A stretch of 63,503 nt of DNA, counting the filler, from Guillardia theta CCMP2712 (lineage: Eukaryota > Protista > Cryptophyta), in the NCBI RefSeq assembly GCF_000315625.1. It is 5 parts of 5 records of this genome, joined end to end, with 100 filler letters (N's around TTAATTAATTAA, not from the genome) between each part and the next. Parts side by side here need not be neighbours in the genome. Positions count along the whole stretch, not along the records: positions 1 to 19,859 come from NW_005434356.1; positions 19,960 to 36,700 come from NW_005434612.1; 3 more parts are not named here. One strand, written 5' to 3'. A program made the position numbers and the translations under genes. The notes below the pieces were generated by a model. The model was not told where the DNA came from. It saw only the letters and a list, made by a program, of their open reading frames with translations, and did no database searches. Below are positions 12,801-24,405 of the stretch, piece by piece; the stretch's first letter is position 1; each line of letters starts with the position of its first letter.

Positions 12801-14915
12801 GGTCCCCAAGGAGCAACAGGACCACAAGGAGCAACAGGACCCCAAGGAGCAACAGGACCCCAAGGAGCAACAGGACCCCAAGGAGCAACAGGACCCCAAG
12901 GAGCAACAGGACCCCAAGGAGCTACAGGAGCACAAGGACCAGCAGGAGCAACAGGACCAACCGGAGCCACAGGTCCAGCAGGTCAAGCCGGCATCAATTG
13001 TCCAGAGATAATATTATTCGATAGTCAAAATAATGAGCTAGTAAGATTTGGCGATTCAAGTGTTTCATCTCAAAACGTAATATTACCTAACCCAGCAGGA
13101 GGAGACGGAACAGTATATTCATTTGATACAGATGACTTTTATCTAGATTTAAGTAATAAGGTTTTTATTTTAGGCGGTGAAGGGGTTATAAATACCTATA
13201 ACACAAGCGACAATAATCTTAATATTTTCTATAACAAAAATATCAAACTAAAATTAGGAATATCAACATATGATTTCAATATCTATAATGATATTTATTT
13301 TTACAAAACATTATCTAATGCTTCATATCTAGTTAAAAAAAATAACAATGTTGATATTACACCTTCTTTGTTTGTATGGTATAAGTTCAATAATGACACA
13401 AAAGATTCAATAAATGGATATGATTTGAATACTAAGTCATTTGGTGCATATGCAATATTACCTACAACATCGCCTACATATACCATAAATAATATTGATA
13501 CTAATTATGCCTATATATTATTTCCTTGTGTTTCACCAACACAATCTATTGCCACAATAACTTTTAATGACACAATGATTATTGATGTTTTAATTGTTGC
13601 GGGTGGTGGTGGTGGTGGAAGCAATGGAGGAGGTGGAGGAGCTGGAGGAATTATTTATCTTACGGGTTTATCTGTATCTAGTGGGACAGTTAAAATAATA
13701 AAGGTCGGAGCTGGTGGAGCTGGTGGAATAAGTAATGGTAATGGTGTGATAGGTTATAATAGTGAATATGATACAAATCAAGCTAGAGGCGGCGGCGGAG
13801 GGGGTGGTTTAACGAGTAAATATGGTAGTAGTGGTGGGTCTGGTGGTGGGAGTATAGGGGTTTTGTATGGTGGCAATTGGGTAACTGGTCAAGGAAATTA
13901 TGGAGGATATAGCTCAGCATCTATGACAACCGCAGCGGGTGGCGGTGGTGGTAAGGGTGGTGCTGGTGGTATTGCCTCGTCAGGACGAGGAGGAAATGGC
14001 GGGTCTGGTTCTTCATATAATTTAAGAGGTGCAAATATCACTTATGGCGGAGGTGGAGGAGGCGGGGGCGATTCAACGTATGGTTTAGGTGGCAGTGGTG
14101 GTGGAGGTCGAGGTGGTACAATATCAATGGGTCCACTGGCTGGTTCAAATGGCTTGGGTGGTGGTGGTGGTGGTAGTAAAAGTTCAACAGTCGCAGGAGG
14201 AAGAGGAGGCGATGGAGTTGTAATCATAAAGTTCAATAGATTGACAAATTATTCTGATTTTTCATTTCAGAATAACGATGTCGTAAGGTTAAACTATAGC
14301 ATATTATCATTAAATGTAACAACTCCTGCAATAAAAGAAACATCATCAACTGTGCCACTAATAACAAGCACAAATAATGATATTTGTATAAGCTTTTGGT
14401 TAAAAATAACTGGATTTCGAACACAAAATGATGAAAAAATTATAACTAGTTTGAATAATGCGATATATATCAAGAGAAACAATGGTGATTTTTATTTTAC
14501 TTTTGATAATGGTAATAATATATCTATTGTATCTGGAAAATATAGTGTGTCAGACTGGCAACATTTTGTATTTCAAAAAAATGATTTGACATCAGAATGN
14601 NNNNNNNNNNNNNNNNNNNNNNNNNNNNNNNNNNNNNNNNNNNNNNNNNNNNNNNNNNNNNNNNNNNNNNNNNNNNNNNNNNNNNNNNNNNNNNNNNNNT
14701 CAGTGAAACAGACAATAACGAATTCGACAACAAGCTTAACATTGACAAGCAGTCAAATAAAAATTGGCCCATTCATTGGAAATCTTCAAAATTTGAAGAT
14801 ATACAGTAAGGCATTAACTCAAGATGAGATAAACAAAGAGTTTGATTATTTAGGAGATGGACCATTACAAATAATAGGATATACACACCCATACAAAAAT
14901 GCAGAAATAAAATGA
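9822..14915 (+). CDS. Giant fibre-like protein: TSN-rich repeats, collagen (GPQGAT)n, Gly-rich domain, LamG/ConA-like lectin domain (spans a 100-N gap)
   Basis: IETSNNL-type repeats; about 30 Gly-X-Y triplets; [11 protein letters not shown]...[10 protein letters not shown] Gly-rich module; LFVWYKFN...ICISFWLK...WQHFVF...[20 protein letters not shown] LamG motifs. Confidence 0.8.
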   Translation: MSCCRNSDKPPYQFIGSTNGTTLTPIFNKINSNINVLYGNVDILNQKTNDLEIITIETSNNLIETNDLLFITSNNLIETSNILFATSNFVLDLQSLIKYNADTNETIITNNNRNILYVKYQTNPNKYIIKFTLENGSFITIQQIKQQLDDLNNNAAAQETANAAQSLEDLDDTAENGFNLFNGLGEIVKGGLAIGTGFIGGLIASGTNTSKADGLFILSWINVLRLSLGVVISVLEDEVINTKLQGRVIKIYSRNLTDGHKLDLVPNQAFIYDDTYKTLVINGQEQTVLDERNIVFQGEEVITLGNELTQDELNEFVFGSNYELQTLKQYKTIFKGKTLFIDDIIVPNIYDKNEIDDIIDNTSNILYNHIYDESNVLFDHILTESNILFTKIYEESNVLYNHIRTKHTASTLINDVKPGFIGNLYFNDNQEWELSTDFYTKQQGLDTFLSYKNLASSNFLKTDVYANYLNSSNFLKTDAYTNFINSSNYVNQTQMANQFALIGESFTTKKLTVTGPDSLYIADIFLKLQGNQLIAPNYIKNQLNDTYTVTYDNWDFWSGGSPYETVPTYPSQNREWVRYYFANRTTAIPDNFYIECFDISFTNKFSIYFYYQFRPSTNFMNRKYYSGKYNLFNYYLGGLTTENIPNNRGFICYLDYQITQDGSLNITNISLDLVFEIYYKNTNNVLSYEKKTININEFAYVYPNIGGPVFSVQNSRIAELNFYCFVLREDGTIFYTIRNQFELKIEGTTQITNFKELYNVNDNNHFRIIDHEQGPTGQEAINYSNKLDLIAISKSISWTLETINLFWTENKYSDAINQIFNNDLSAKISGKLEVDFIDIKRGNLSVIDLSTQTVVAQNMSVQNVDISTVATSLITSGGVGRRSLSLGGTTAVTKVTDIYDDQNRTGIVKIAYDNTTQQNISTIENFQLNFTNTKDGNVSITLDNYNDVNIALPDGIAGPQGATGPQGATGPQGATGPQGATGPQGATGPQGATGPQGATGPQGATGPQGATGPQGATGPQGATGPQGATGPQGATGAQGPAGATGPTGATGPAGQAGINCPEIILFDSQNNELVRFGDSSVSSQNVILPNPAGGDGTVYSFDTDDFYLDLSNKVFILGGEGVINTYNTSDNNLNIFYNKNIKLKLGISTYDFNIYNDIYFYKTLSNASYLVKKNNNVDITPSLFVWYKFNNDTKDSINGYDLNTKSFGAYAILPTTSPTYTINNIDTNYAYILFPCVSPTQSIATITFNDTMIIDVLIVAGGGGGGSNGGGGGAGGIIYLTGLSVSSGTVKIIKVGAGGAGGISNGNGVIGYNSEYDTNQARGGGGGGGLTSKYGSSGGSGGGSIGVLYGGNWVTGQGNYGGYSSASMTTAAGGGGGKGGAGGIASSGRGGNGGSGSSYNLRGANITYGGGGGGGGDSTYGLGGSGGGGRGGTISMGPLAGSNGLGGGGGGSKSSTVAGGRGGDGVVIIKFNRLTNYSDFSFQNNDVVRLNYSILSLNVTTPAIKETSSTVPLITSTNNDICISFWLKITGFRTQNDEKIITSLNNAIYIKRNNGDFYFTFDNGNNISIVSGKYSVSDWQHFVFQKNDLTSEXXXXXXXXXXXXXXXXXXXXXXXXXXXXXXXXXXSVKQTITNSTTSLTLTSSQIKIGPFIGNLQNLKIYSKALTQDEINKEFDYLGDGPLQIIGYTHPYKNAEIK
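12693..12992 (+). repeat. 18-bp tandem repeat encoding collagen-like GPQGAT
   Basis: GGACC(A/C)CAAGGAGCAACA units. Confidence 0.95.
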
Positions 14916-15486
14916 GAAAATAAATAATGTCATTGCTAACTCAGGATATAGCGACGTTGAAACTCAAGCATATTTAACAGCCAATAATTATGCTAGAATA
15001 TCAGATATACCAACGGCTTATACAGATACAGACACACAAGCCTATTTAACAGCCAATAATTATGCTAGAATATCAGATATACCAACGGCTTATACAGATA
15101 CAGACACACAAGCATATTTAACAGCCAATAATTATGCTAGAATATCAGATATACCAACGGCTTCAAGTACAGATACAGACACACAAGCCTATTTAACAGC
15201 CAATAATTATGCTAGAATATCAGATATACCAACGGCTTCAAGTACAGATACAGACACACAAGCCTATTTAACAGCTAATAACTACGCTACAATATCAGAT
15301 ATACCAACGGCTTATACAGATACAGACACACAAGCCTATTTAACAGCCAATAATTATGCTACAATATCAGATATACCAACTAGTTTTGAATATAATCAAA
15401 TAACAAATTTTCCTACAGATATAATATTGACTGTTTCTTCGGATTTCAATATTGATAATAATCAGCTAAATTTTGTTTTAACTTAG
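14911..15486 (+). CDS. Probable frameshifted C-terminal extension of the fibre protein: six 72-75-bp repeats (AYLTANNYARISDIPTAYTDTDTQ)
   Basis: My translation is open from 14911 to TAG at 15484-15486 with no start codon. Removing one A from the run at 14909-14912 joins it to ORF 9822..14915. Confidence 0.7.
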   Translation, partial: NEKINNVIANSGYSDVETQAYLTANNYARISDIPTAYTDTDTQAYLTANNYARISDIPTAYTDTDTQAYLTANNYARISDIPTASSTDTDTQAYLTANNYARISDIPTASSTDTDTQAYLTANNYATISDIPTAYTDTDTQAYLTANNYATISDIPTSFEYNQITNFPTDIILTVSSDFNIDNNQLNFVLT

Positions 15487-15747
15487 CTTTCCAAGACTTT
15501 GGCCGGCACACTATATACTTTCTTTAAACTCTGAAGGTTTTCTGTCATTTTTATTGTTCACCACATAATTGGACCACCCCCGGGGGCGAAGGGGGGTTCG
15601 ATGACCTTTCAACCTCACAAGTCCGCCTCAGAGTGAAAAACACTTGAACAATTTCGTTTGAGAGTCTTGCTGCATCCTTCAACTCTCATCTTCTTCAACA
15701 AGATTATATTGCAGTGCTATGAATCTTTTTCTTTATTACATGGATGA

Positions 15748-16506
15748 TCAACGATTTAAAAATGCATTGAGATCACTTTTCTTCCATTGTCGCATTTTTC
15801 TAACATAAGTTGTCCATTTCAATTGTCCTTGTCTCCTCGTACGTGCCTTCGACTTAGAACTCACCAATTTGAAAAAGCCTTTGTCATATGTTTTGAACCA
15901 ATGTTGAGCTTCAGCCAGTGTTGGCCTTGCTACAAAACTTCTCCACCGTTCAAGTTCTGCATCTCTGTTCTCTGATTCCATGATTTCCCTCCTCACGAAC
16001 CTTTCAAAAATTTCGACAAGAACGGTCAAGTCGCTAAATCTCCTTCCTTCTTCTTTGGTTTCCATATGCGCTCTGCTCAATTCCTTCAAAGCAGGATGTT
16101 TCTTCACAGTGTCACCAAAATGCCATGCAATCCATGCGTTCTCCCACGTTCCAAAATGTTTGGTGACGTTGAAACCTGACACGTTTGCATCTTTCCAAGT
16201 TGAAATTCCCATGTCATGTGCAGAATGTTCATCCTCACTTGCAGAGCCATCTCGCCCCGTCATCGTATCTTCATTTGCCTGTTGATGCTCAGGAGATCTG
16301 GTAAAATTATTTGTCATACCCCGCCCCATCATGTTGTCGATCTTTTTATCCATCCTATCGAAGGCCTTCATTATCTGGCGATGGCGAACATCGTCCCCCA
16401 TCATCGCGGCAGCTCGCTCACTGCCACTGCCACTGCCACTGCCACTGCCACTGCCACTGTCACTGCCACTGCCACTGTCACTGTCGCCACTGTCAATTCC
16501 TTGCAA
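15748..16506 (-). pseudogene. Crypton-like C-terminal (GCR1_C-like) DNA-binding fragment
   Basis: WENAWIAWHFGD...HPALKEL...RRFSDLTVLV...RRQGQLKWTTYVR resembles the C-terminus of Crypton proteins. The N-terminus is a (CTGCCA)n repeat. Confidence 0.55.
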
Positions 16507-16907
16507 CGAAGGAGCTTACATCCGAGTTGTCATCAAGTTGCGTTGAAGTTATTATGAGGCTCAGAGAGGTCAGTGAGTAAGAACGTGATGTGTGCGATCA
16601 CAATCAATGTAACATCACATCGAACGGCTGAAGTTGAACTTCATCTCTCTTGCAACCCAGTGACAACAGTAATGACTATGATAGCCCCTCCGCACAGTCA
16701 CTACAGTGTGATGCAGCAGTTGGAGAGAAACAAGCAAGGAAAGCAGAGGAAACAAGGATACAAAAAAAGAAGAAGAGGGGAGTTCACAAGGAAAAGCAAC
16801 CCAAGTAAGAAAAAACAAAAAAACATAAGTCATGACAATCATTCCAAATGATTAAGAAATTTCATCAAAACGATATGATGTTAGCTACAAACGCTTCCCC
16901 CAACTTC

Positions 16908-16985
<78 letters not shown>

Positions 16986-16996
16986 CTCGTCCCGCG

Positions 16997-18943
16997 TCAT
17001 CGGAGCAGCCTGTACTTCCTGTACTGCTTTCGCTCCTCCTCCCCCTCCATCAGCAGCAGCTCCTGCAGCGTCACCTGCACCTCGCACACATGCCCACTCA
17101 CCCCCATCCTCCTCGCCTCCTCCGTCTCCAACCTCACGTACACTATCACGTCCTTCCTCCCGTTCGCCTCTCCTCCCCGTCCCGCCATCCGGTTCTTGAT
17201 CCCCTCCACCGCCACCTCCTCCTCCTCCTCCTCCATCGCCTCCAGGAACCCTATCGCTCCCCTCAGGTCCTGCACCGCCACCCGCGCCCTGCACACGTCA
17301 AGCAGCCGCGACGCGTCCCCCCCGTAGCACCGCACAGCCTTCTCCATCGCCCTCCCCTCCTCCTTGAGCCCCACCAGCTCCTCCTCCTCCGCTCCCTGCG
17401 GCCCCCACCAGCTTTCCAGCGCCCTCCTCCTCCTCCAGTAGCTGCTCCTCCTCCTCGTGCTCCCCTGGTCCACGCTCGCCCCCGCCCGCTTGCTCCACCT
17501 CCTCACCTTGACTGCCAGGATGCTCCTGACCAGCTCCGCCTGCGCGTACAAGCGAGCGAGCGAGCACACGGCGTCTGCGGGGACGCTCGAGGACAGCAGG
17601 AAGCGATCCTGATCGCTCCGCTCCTTGTCGTCTCGCTGGTACACCCTCCCTCCGGCTCCTCCTCCTCGTCCTGCTCCTGCTCCCTCCGGCTCTCCCTTGC
17701 CTCGCCTCCTCCCTCGTCTGCTGCTCGCCATCCTGTTGGTCAGCTGCTCCAGCCTCGCCAGGTCCTCCCTCCATCCCTCCTCCCTCATCATCTCCTGCCA
17801 CCTCTTCGTCTGCTCCCGCATGTGCTTCTTGCACAGCAGCGAGCTCTCCAGCACCAGGTTCCTCCGCCGCAGCAGCACAACCACCGCGAACGAGCACCCG
17901 CACATTCCTGGCATGGAGATGAAGGACGACCGCAGCAGCATCCCCGCAGAGCCCCAGATGGCGCAGAGCACCAGGAAGCCGGTCCAGAACGTCTGCTCGC
18001 GATCGAAGAAGAAGAGGATGAAGATTCCCCACACGAAGAAAAGGTTGAAGCACTTGGGGGCGAGATAATGGCCGTCCAGGTACATCAGCCCCACGACGCA
18101 GATGCCGATCAGCAAGGTACATGCGTGCATTGCTACCTTCGCCTCCTCCTCCCTTCCTCCCACGCTCAGCAGCAGCGGAACAAGAAAGGCGCATAGCCGG
18201 AAGATGTTCAGGATCACCAGCAAGACCATCCAGGCTAGAGGAGGACGCAGGTCGATCGCCTCTACCGCCCTCCTCCTCCTCGTCGTCTTGTGCTCCTTCC
18301 TCCCGTCAAACACATACGGAGGTGACGGCGACGCGTCTGCCCGCAGCCAGTCCAGGTTCCAGCCCGACGCTCCCACCACCGTCCTCCTCCCGTCCTCCTC
18401 CTCCCCGTACACCACGAAGCGTACCGGGTCGAGCTCCTCCTCCGCCTCTGCCGTCACGAAGTAGAACCCGTTCACCTCCACCCTCCTATCGTACCTGATC
18501 ACCACCGCCCCGTCCTCCTCCCTCCTCGCTCGCTCCACCACCCTCGCCCCCTCCTCCAGCGCCTTCTCCACGTCCTGCTCGTCTCGCAGCATCCCGAAGC
18601 TCGTCACGTGCGCCCTCACAGGAGCCAGCGACCCGTTCCGAGCCTCCAGCACCGACAGGGAAAACACCCGGTACGACGTCCCTCCCCCCCTCCCCAGCCT
18701 CCTCACCCACCCCACCAGCATCCTCGAGTACACCACGCTCAGCAGCAGCATCAGCACCTGGAAGCTCCTCCTCGTCAGGGCTGCCTGCATCGGCCGCGAG
18801 CAGAAGAGCATGCTGCTGTCAGCCGCTCGATGCATGCTCCTCTCCATCTTCAGCATCCTCTCGTCCAGCGTCTCCTCGGCGTGAGCGAGCTTGACCAGGA
18901 GACGGCGAGCGGCACCGCATGCTCGGTTGCTGCAGGAAGCCAT
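16997..18943 (-). CDS. Multi-pass membrane protein with C-terminal RelA/SpoT-like nucleotidyltransferase domain
   Basis: Several hydrophobic helices, then LKEEGRAMEKAVRCYGGDASRLLDVCRARV...IKNRM...GRKDV...GHVCEVQV. Confidence 0.75.
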   Translation of the reverse strand: MASCSNRACGAARRLLVKLAHAEETLDERMLKMERSMHRAADSSMLFCSRPMQAALTRRSFQVLMLLLSVVYSRMLVGWVRRLGRGGGTSYRVFSLSVLEARNGSLAPVRAHVTSFGMLRDEQDVEKALEEGARVVERARREEDGAVVIRYDRRVEVNGFYFVTAEAEEELDPVRFVVYGEEEDGRRTVVGASGWNLDWLRADASPSPPYVFDGRKEHKTTRRRRAVEAIDLRPPLAWMVLLVILNIFRLCAFLVPLLLSVGGREEEAKVAMHACTLLIGICVVGLMYLDGHYLAPKCFNLFFVWGIFILFFFDREQTFWTGFLVLCAIWGSAGMLLRSSFISMPGMCGCSFAVVVLLRRRNLVLESSLLCKKHMREQTKRWQEMMREEGWREDLARLEQLTNRMASSRRGRRRGKGEPEGAGAGRGGGAGGRVYQRDDKERSDQDRFLLSSSVPADAVCSLARLYAQAELVRSILAVKVRRWSKRAGASVDQGSTRRRSSYWRRRRALESWWGPQGAEEEELVGLKEEGRAMEKAVRCYGGDASRLLDVCRARVAVQDLRGAIGFLEAMEEEEEEVAVEGIKNRMAGRGGEANGRKDVIVYVRLETEEARRMGVSGHVCEVQVTLQELLLMEGEEERKQYRKYRLLR

Positions 18944-19859
18944 CCCTCCTCCTCGTGAAGCAGCTTGTGACCTAGCCTCTCTGCCTTCGGTTAACCACGT
19001 TCACAACTTCAACCTTCTCTCACGTTTTCGCCTCTTGTCTGTTTGGTCGTTGGTGCCTACAAGAAGAAGGCACGGTGAGTTGAAAATTTCGCAAGGTTCT
19101 GCGTCTCTCAAGTTCCTCTAGGATGATAGGAAGTTGAGTTTTCCATCTGCCTATCTCCTCAACGTCTTGTTCCTTTGGTATACGGTACTTTGTTTCGCTT
19201 CCTCTTGTCAGTTTCTGTCCTCTTCTGCCTACTTTACTTATTCCCCACTTTTCTCGCTTACCTCTGCTCTGCTCTGCTCTGCTCTGCTCTGCTCTGCTCT
19301 GCTCTGCTCTGCTCTGCTCTGCTCTGCTCTTTGTTCTCCTCTCTCCTCCCCTTCCCTTCTCTCCTCCTTCCCTCCCTCTCCCTTCCCCTCTCCTCCCTCG
19401 CTCTGTTCTTCCCGCCTTCATGACCAGGCGACGGTAGTCCTCTACCGGTCCTTTTGACCCATTTCTTCTCACAACCCTGGGTGGGGTGGAAAAAACGTGA
19501 TGCCCCTTGGTCACGGTTTCTGATCACGTTACTCGCCCCATGTCACGTGACTTCGAGCCATCCCGGGGCGGACCCGCTCATCGAAGGGCCGCCCGGCCGG
19601 GCCGGGCGGCCCGACCGCATTACGTTCGCTTATAGCTTTAGTTAATTCTCGATCCTGTCCTTCTGGTACTAATCATGGACACGGCTCTAATTGCAATTTG
19701 TACCAGTCCTTCCCCCCCTGATGGCGCCTGGGGGTCTTCTGCCCTTGCCTGGAGTAGACCCCACCCTCACTCTCCCATGGGAAAAGAGTAGGTCGGGTGG
19801 GCGACTTGGCTGGGGCAAGGGTAGGTTGTGAACCTTTTATTCCAAGTATTTGCATGCAG

Positions 19860-19959
19860 NNNNNNNNNNNNNNNNNNNNNNNNNNNNNNNNNNNNNNNNN
19901 NNNTTAATTAATTAANNNNNNNNNNNNNNNNNNNNNNNNNNNNNNNNNNNNNNNNNNNN
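19860..19959. other. Artificial contig linker N-TTAATTAATTAA-N (also at 36701-36800, 57184-57283, 60615-60714)
   Basis: Same 100-bp structure with an all-frame stop 12-mer each time. The plain 100-N gaps at 14600-14699 and 22623-22722 lack it. Confidence 0.9.
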
Positions 19960-21289
19960 GGGGGAGGGAGGGCATGGAGGGCATGGAGGGCATGGAGCAG
20001 GTTGTTTGGAACTCTGATGTCCTTGATAGGATCTTGCGGGAGTATGTCCGCGACTGAAGCAAGTGATCCAAGGCGCGAGAGAGTCGTTGGGTTGAGAGGC
20101 TTGCGATGACTTCACGTACAGACAACGAGGAATCCTTCCTAGGACGCGCTGTCTGCTCTCCGTTGACCTGGGGGGATAGCAAGGCGGCAAGGGCTGTCTT
20201 GAAGGTGCGGCAGCGAGAGTTCTGGGCGGGGGAAGGGAAGGAGGGAGCGGGGGGGGGAGGGAAAGGAAGGGAGGGGGGAAAGGAAAGGATACGATTGTCG
20301 TTTTACCTCGTTTTTGCTTTCTTAGGAGCATTTCAAGGGGAAGTGGCCTGACTTGGTGATATGTACAGACTGCATCTACAGGTATGGAATCATTCATGAT
20401 GATGTTTGTTGAGCTTCTTTCCCTCACAATCTCGATTCAGGCAAGGGATCCCTGAAATCTTGATTGCAACTATCAAAGAGGTGCGAAGGCAGTAAGGCGA
20501 GAAAGGGTCTCTGTAACAAATCAACGTGACTCCTCGATCTAAGGATTGATCTAACGATCTGCACAGATCTGTGTTGACCATGTACAGTTGTTGTCCTAAC
20601 CAGGGTTGAAAAGCAATGTTTACCATCGCTAACGATATTGGGAAGATGACTTCTAACCAGCTAGCGATGTTTGTAACGATGTTCCTAACGTGCTCACCGA
20701 TCTTACTTCTTTCTGAAATCCTTACCAATCTTCCTAACAACAGTTGAGTTCTTGTCTCTAACAACGTTTCTAGCTCCCGTGACCTAACGATCGTCTTGAT
20801 CTTACCTCACCATCTCTGGAAATCTCTGCAACCTCAATCAGCCTTTATGGGGTTTTGCAATGCACTTTAGTGGTCGCAAGTTTTCCCGTTCTTGTCTTTT
20901 CATTCGAGGCTGGTCCTCTTGTCAATCTTACATCTGCCCTCTCGCCGAGTTGTTTTGTTTCGAAGTAAGTCGACTCCGGTCCGAACATTGAGATGATAGC
21001 AAACAGCAAACTTCAACTCGAGGCTGCTTGTTTGTACTTAGGGTCAGGAATTTCTTCTCTTCATCCTTGTTGATTTTCCCTGTTTGTTGCAGGTTGTTGG
21101 GCCCGACACCGTAATGCTCTGTGCAGCAGCGAACCACAGGTGTGTTGCTATGTTTTCGGATCTTCTTCTCCATTTCCCTCTGTCCATAAAATCAGCAGCA
21201 TTTGCTTGCATTGTTTCCCACTTTGAATCCTTGAGGACTCTATCAGAACAAGAAGTATCTTAAGTTTGTCTCGTGCTGATGCTGCTTCT

Positions 21290-22503
21290 CAGACCCGACG
21301 TGATCGAGGATTTCCATCACAGGATCGACTCGCTCAAGTCGGAAGCTGGGGGCGAGGAGAGGAGGAGAGCCGGTCTGACTCATCGACCTTGCAGGAGCTT
21401 CACTGTGAGTAATCTGCGAGACGAGGAGCTCGACGAGTATGTGAGGTCGACGAGCATCGAGGCGTTCTGGTGAGCATGCTGAGCTCAGGCCTGCTGCTGA
21501 CGTTGATCACCCGAGGCTCTCGCGGGGAGGAGGAGAACGTCCGAAGAAAGCCAAAAAGGTGAAAGAGAATTGAAGACAGAAGTGGGGAGGAAGGAGGAGG
21601 CGGGGAGAGGCAGGAGGAGGAGGAGGTTTGTATATAGAGACGCGTCAAAGTGACTCAAGTCTTCTGCTCTTTCTTTTCCATTCCTGCCTTCATCTTCACT
21701 GTTTTTCTCCCCTCCCTCTTGTGCCTCTCCCTCCCCTCTGCGCTCCTCTCCTCCTCTCCTCCTCTCCTCCTCCCCTCTGCGCTCCTCTCCTCCTCTCCTC
21801 CTGTCCTTTTTCTCCTCTCCTTCCTCACACTTCGATCTGCATCGCTCCCGACAGCCCCTCGAGCCTCTTTGCCTCGTAAATGAGATCCTCGATGTCGAAG
21901 TCACGGGGATACTGCTGGAGCCTTGAAAAAGGATCAGGAGGGATACGGCGAGGAGATGAAGGGAGATAGTGATGGTGGTGATGGAGATAGTGATGGTGGT
22001 GATGGAGATAGTGATGGTGGTGATGGAGATAGTGATGGTGGTGATGGAGATGGTTTCGATGATGATTGAAATGAAAGGAAGGAGGAGAAGAAGGGGAAAG
22101 TGAAGGAGAACGAGAAGGAGACGGTCATATCGAGGAAGATGATACTAGCACGACCACGATGACTGTGAGTAGCAAAGAAGTGGAGAGGAGAAGAGAGGAG
22201 AAGAGAGGAGAGGAGAGGAGAGGAGAGGAGAACTCACCTCTGTAGATTCTCCGCAAAGTCCTCCTCCTGCAGGAGGTCAGCCCGGATCCTGATCACCATG
22301 GCGCAGCAGAGGTGGAGGACGAAGGGCATTCGCAGCTCGTCCTCTTGCGCCAGGATGCTGTCCCACAGGCGGAGGACTGGTGACCTTATGAGAGGGGGAG
22401 GAGGATAGGACGGGGGCGTTACCGTCAGGAAGGCGAAACTCCTGCGAGAAGAGCAGGCTGGCGGCAAGGGTGAGAAAGACAGAGGAGGAGGAGCTAGGAG
22501 GGG

Positions 22504-22537
<34 letters not shown>

Positions 22538-24141
22538 GAGGAGGAGGAGGAGGAGGAGGAGGAGGAGCGAGGAGGAGTAGGAGGTAGGAGGAGAAGGAGG
22601 AGGGCAAGCGAGGAGGAGGAGGNNNNNNNNNNNNNNNNNNNNNNNNNNNNNNNNNNNNNNNNNNNNNNNNNNNNNNNNNNNNNNNNNNNNNNNNNNNNNN
22701 NNNNNNNNNNNNNNNNNNNNNNATCGATCAGTCAGTCAATAGCAGACTGAGCACAAATGTTCCGTTGTTTGCAGCTGCTGAGATAACGATTGCCTCTATA
22801 TTGCGTATTATAGCCAGTTTCCTATCACCGTGTTGACTGTCTCCTGTCTCCTGTCCTGTCCTGTCCTGTCCTGTCCTCTCCTCCCCTCTCCCCGTCTCCC
22901 TCTCCTCTCCTCTCCTTCACACCTGTACATATCGAATCCCCGGATTCAGCCGTCCAAACGTGTACAGGATCCTAGAGATGGCTTTTTGATGCCCTCCTGA
23001 TGGAGAAGTAAGGGCGGGAGGGGAAGCGAGGAGGACGAGGAGCAGGCGGTAAAATGCCCAAGAGGAGGAGACGGCAGGGGAGGAGGGAAGGGGGACGGAG
23101 GGACTGGGAAAGGAGGGGTGAAGTAGCGACAAGGGTGTCAGGAGATGGGGGAACGAGGGGAGGCAGCGCGTTACCCTGAACCATGTCCCCTTCCTTTTGA
23201 GCCTTCAGCTCCGTCCTGAGAATTTCTGCCGTCAGGGGCGCAAGGAGGAGGAGGTAGCCTCCTACTCGCTCAGAGTCCCGAAGTTCTCGCGGAAGAAGTG
23301 AAGGTCAGGCCAGGTCCTCTTGGTGTCCTTGTTGATCTCGTCCTGCGCCATGCGGTAAGAGGTCAAGTGGAGCCTTCCTCCTCCTCCACCTCCTCCTCCT
23401 CCTCCTCCTCCTCCTCGACTTCCTCCCTCCCCTCGCCCCAACCACCAAACCACCTCCACCTCCACCTCCATTTGGTTCTCCTCGCAGTGCCAGCCCCCCC
23501 CTTTCCCTCCGGTTCCCTTCCTCCTTATCCTCCTGCTCCTCCTCCCAGCTCTCCCACTCCTCCAGTACCATGAGGTTCTTGCTAGCGAGTTGCGACTTCT
23601 TGACAGCATCGTCCTGGCGACCTGTCGCAGTGGGAGACTCGCAGTCTTGCCTGTCACCATGCAACCGTCAGCCCGTCCGCGTCTCTGCCAGCGATCGTGT
23701 CCGACCATTCTGAAGAGTCTTTCCCCACGGCCACAAGGTCCTGGCTGAACTGCAGGAGAGGGGTCAGATCACAACAGGAGAGAGGGAGGAGGGAGGAGGG
23801 AGGAGGGAGGAGTGAGGAGAAAACAGGGAGGAGGGAGGAGAAAACAGGGAGGAGGGAGGTAGGAGGAAAGAGGGAGGAGGGAGGATGGAGGATGGAGGAG
23901 GGAGGAGGAGGAGTTGGGAGGAGGAGGAGGAGGAGGGAGGGACCTCGGAGTAGAAATTGTGGAAGCTTGTCCGGCTCTGATGCAAGATCTTTGATATCAC
24001 CATCGTCAGATAGACTTTCTCGAGGGGGGACGCGAAGTTGAAGAGATCTACCTCCATCCACTTCCCCTTGTCTGGAGGGAGGTATCCCAGAGTTATCTTC
24101 CAGTAGCGAGACCTTGACGTTGGTACCATCAGCAGTAGCAA
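21290..24141 (-). CDS. TBC-domain Rab GTPase-activating protein, multi-exon (5' exons may extend to about 25525)
   Basis: Exon motifs RSRYWKITLGYLP, QDEINKDTKRTWPDLHFF, ISRILYTFGRLNPGIRYVQ, VLRLWDSIL...LCCAMV, LQQYP. Boundaries are approximate. Confidence 0.85.
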
Positions 24142-24185
24142 GCGTGCAAAAGAATGATTGCAGCTGTCTTCTTTGAAGATGTCGT

Positions 24186-24269
24186 GATGATCATCATCCC
24201 CATCATCAATATTGTCGTCATAATCTTCATCACCATCAACATCATCATCACCACCTTCTTCTTCGTCTG

Positions 24270-24337
<68 letters not shown>

Positions 24338-24341
24338 CCAG

Positions 24342-24388
<47 letters not shown>

Positions 24389-24405
24389 CCAGCACCATCA
24401 TCATC
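24186..24405. repeat. (ATC)n microsatellite, probably intronic
   Basis: Directly visible. Confidence 0.9.

Larger units (their letters stand above)
8190..15540. mobile_element. AT-rich endogenous virus-like island (giant-virus, virophage or Polinton-like origin unresolved)
   Basis: Abrupt switch from very GC-rich to very AT-rich sequence, intronless ORFs rich in Asn/Ile/Tyr, and a virion-fibre-like protein. I found no capsid, packaging ATPase or polymerase gene. Confidence 0.6.

Noticed and set aside
17090-18196. Long antisense ORFs over GC-rich genes (also 34074..35441 and 47168..47947)
   Set aside because: Shadow frames of better-supported genes on the opposite strand.
19904-19915. Recurrent TTAATTAATTAA motif as a biological site
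   Set aside because: Always centred in N runs, so it is an artificial linker. Adjacency across it was not used as evidence.
19960-21180. Possible decayed retroelement or gene on the minus strand
   Set aside because: Only short ORFs with no recognisable domain.
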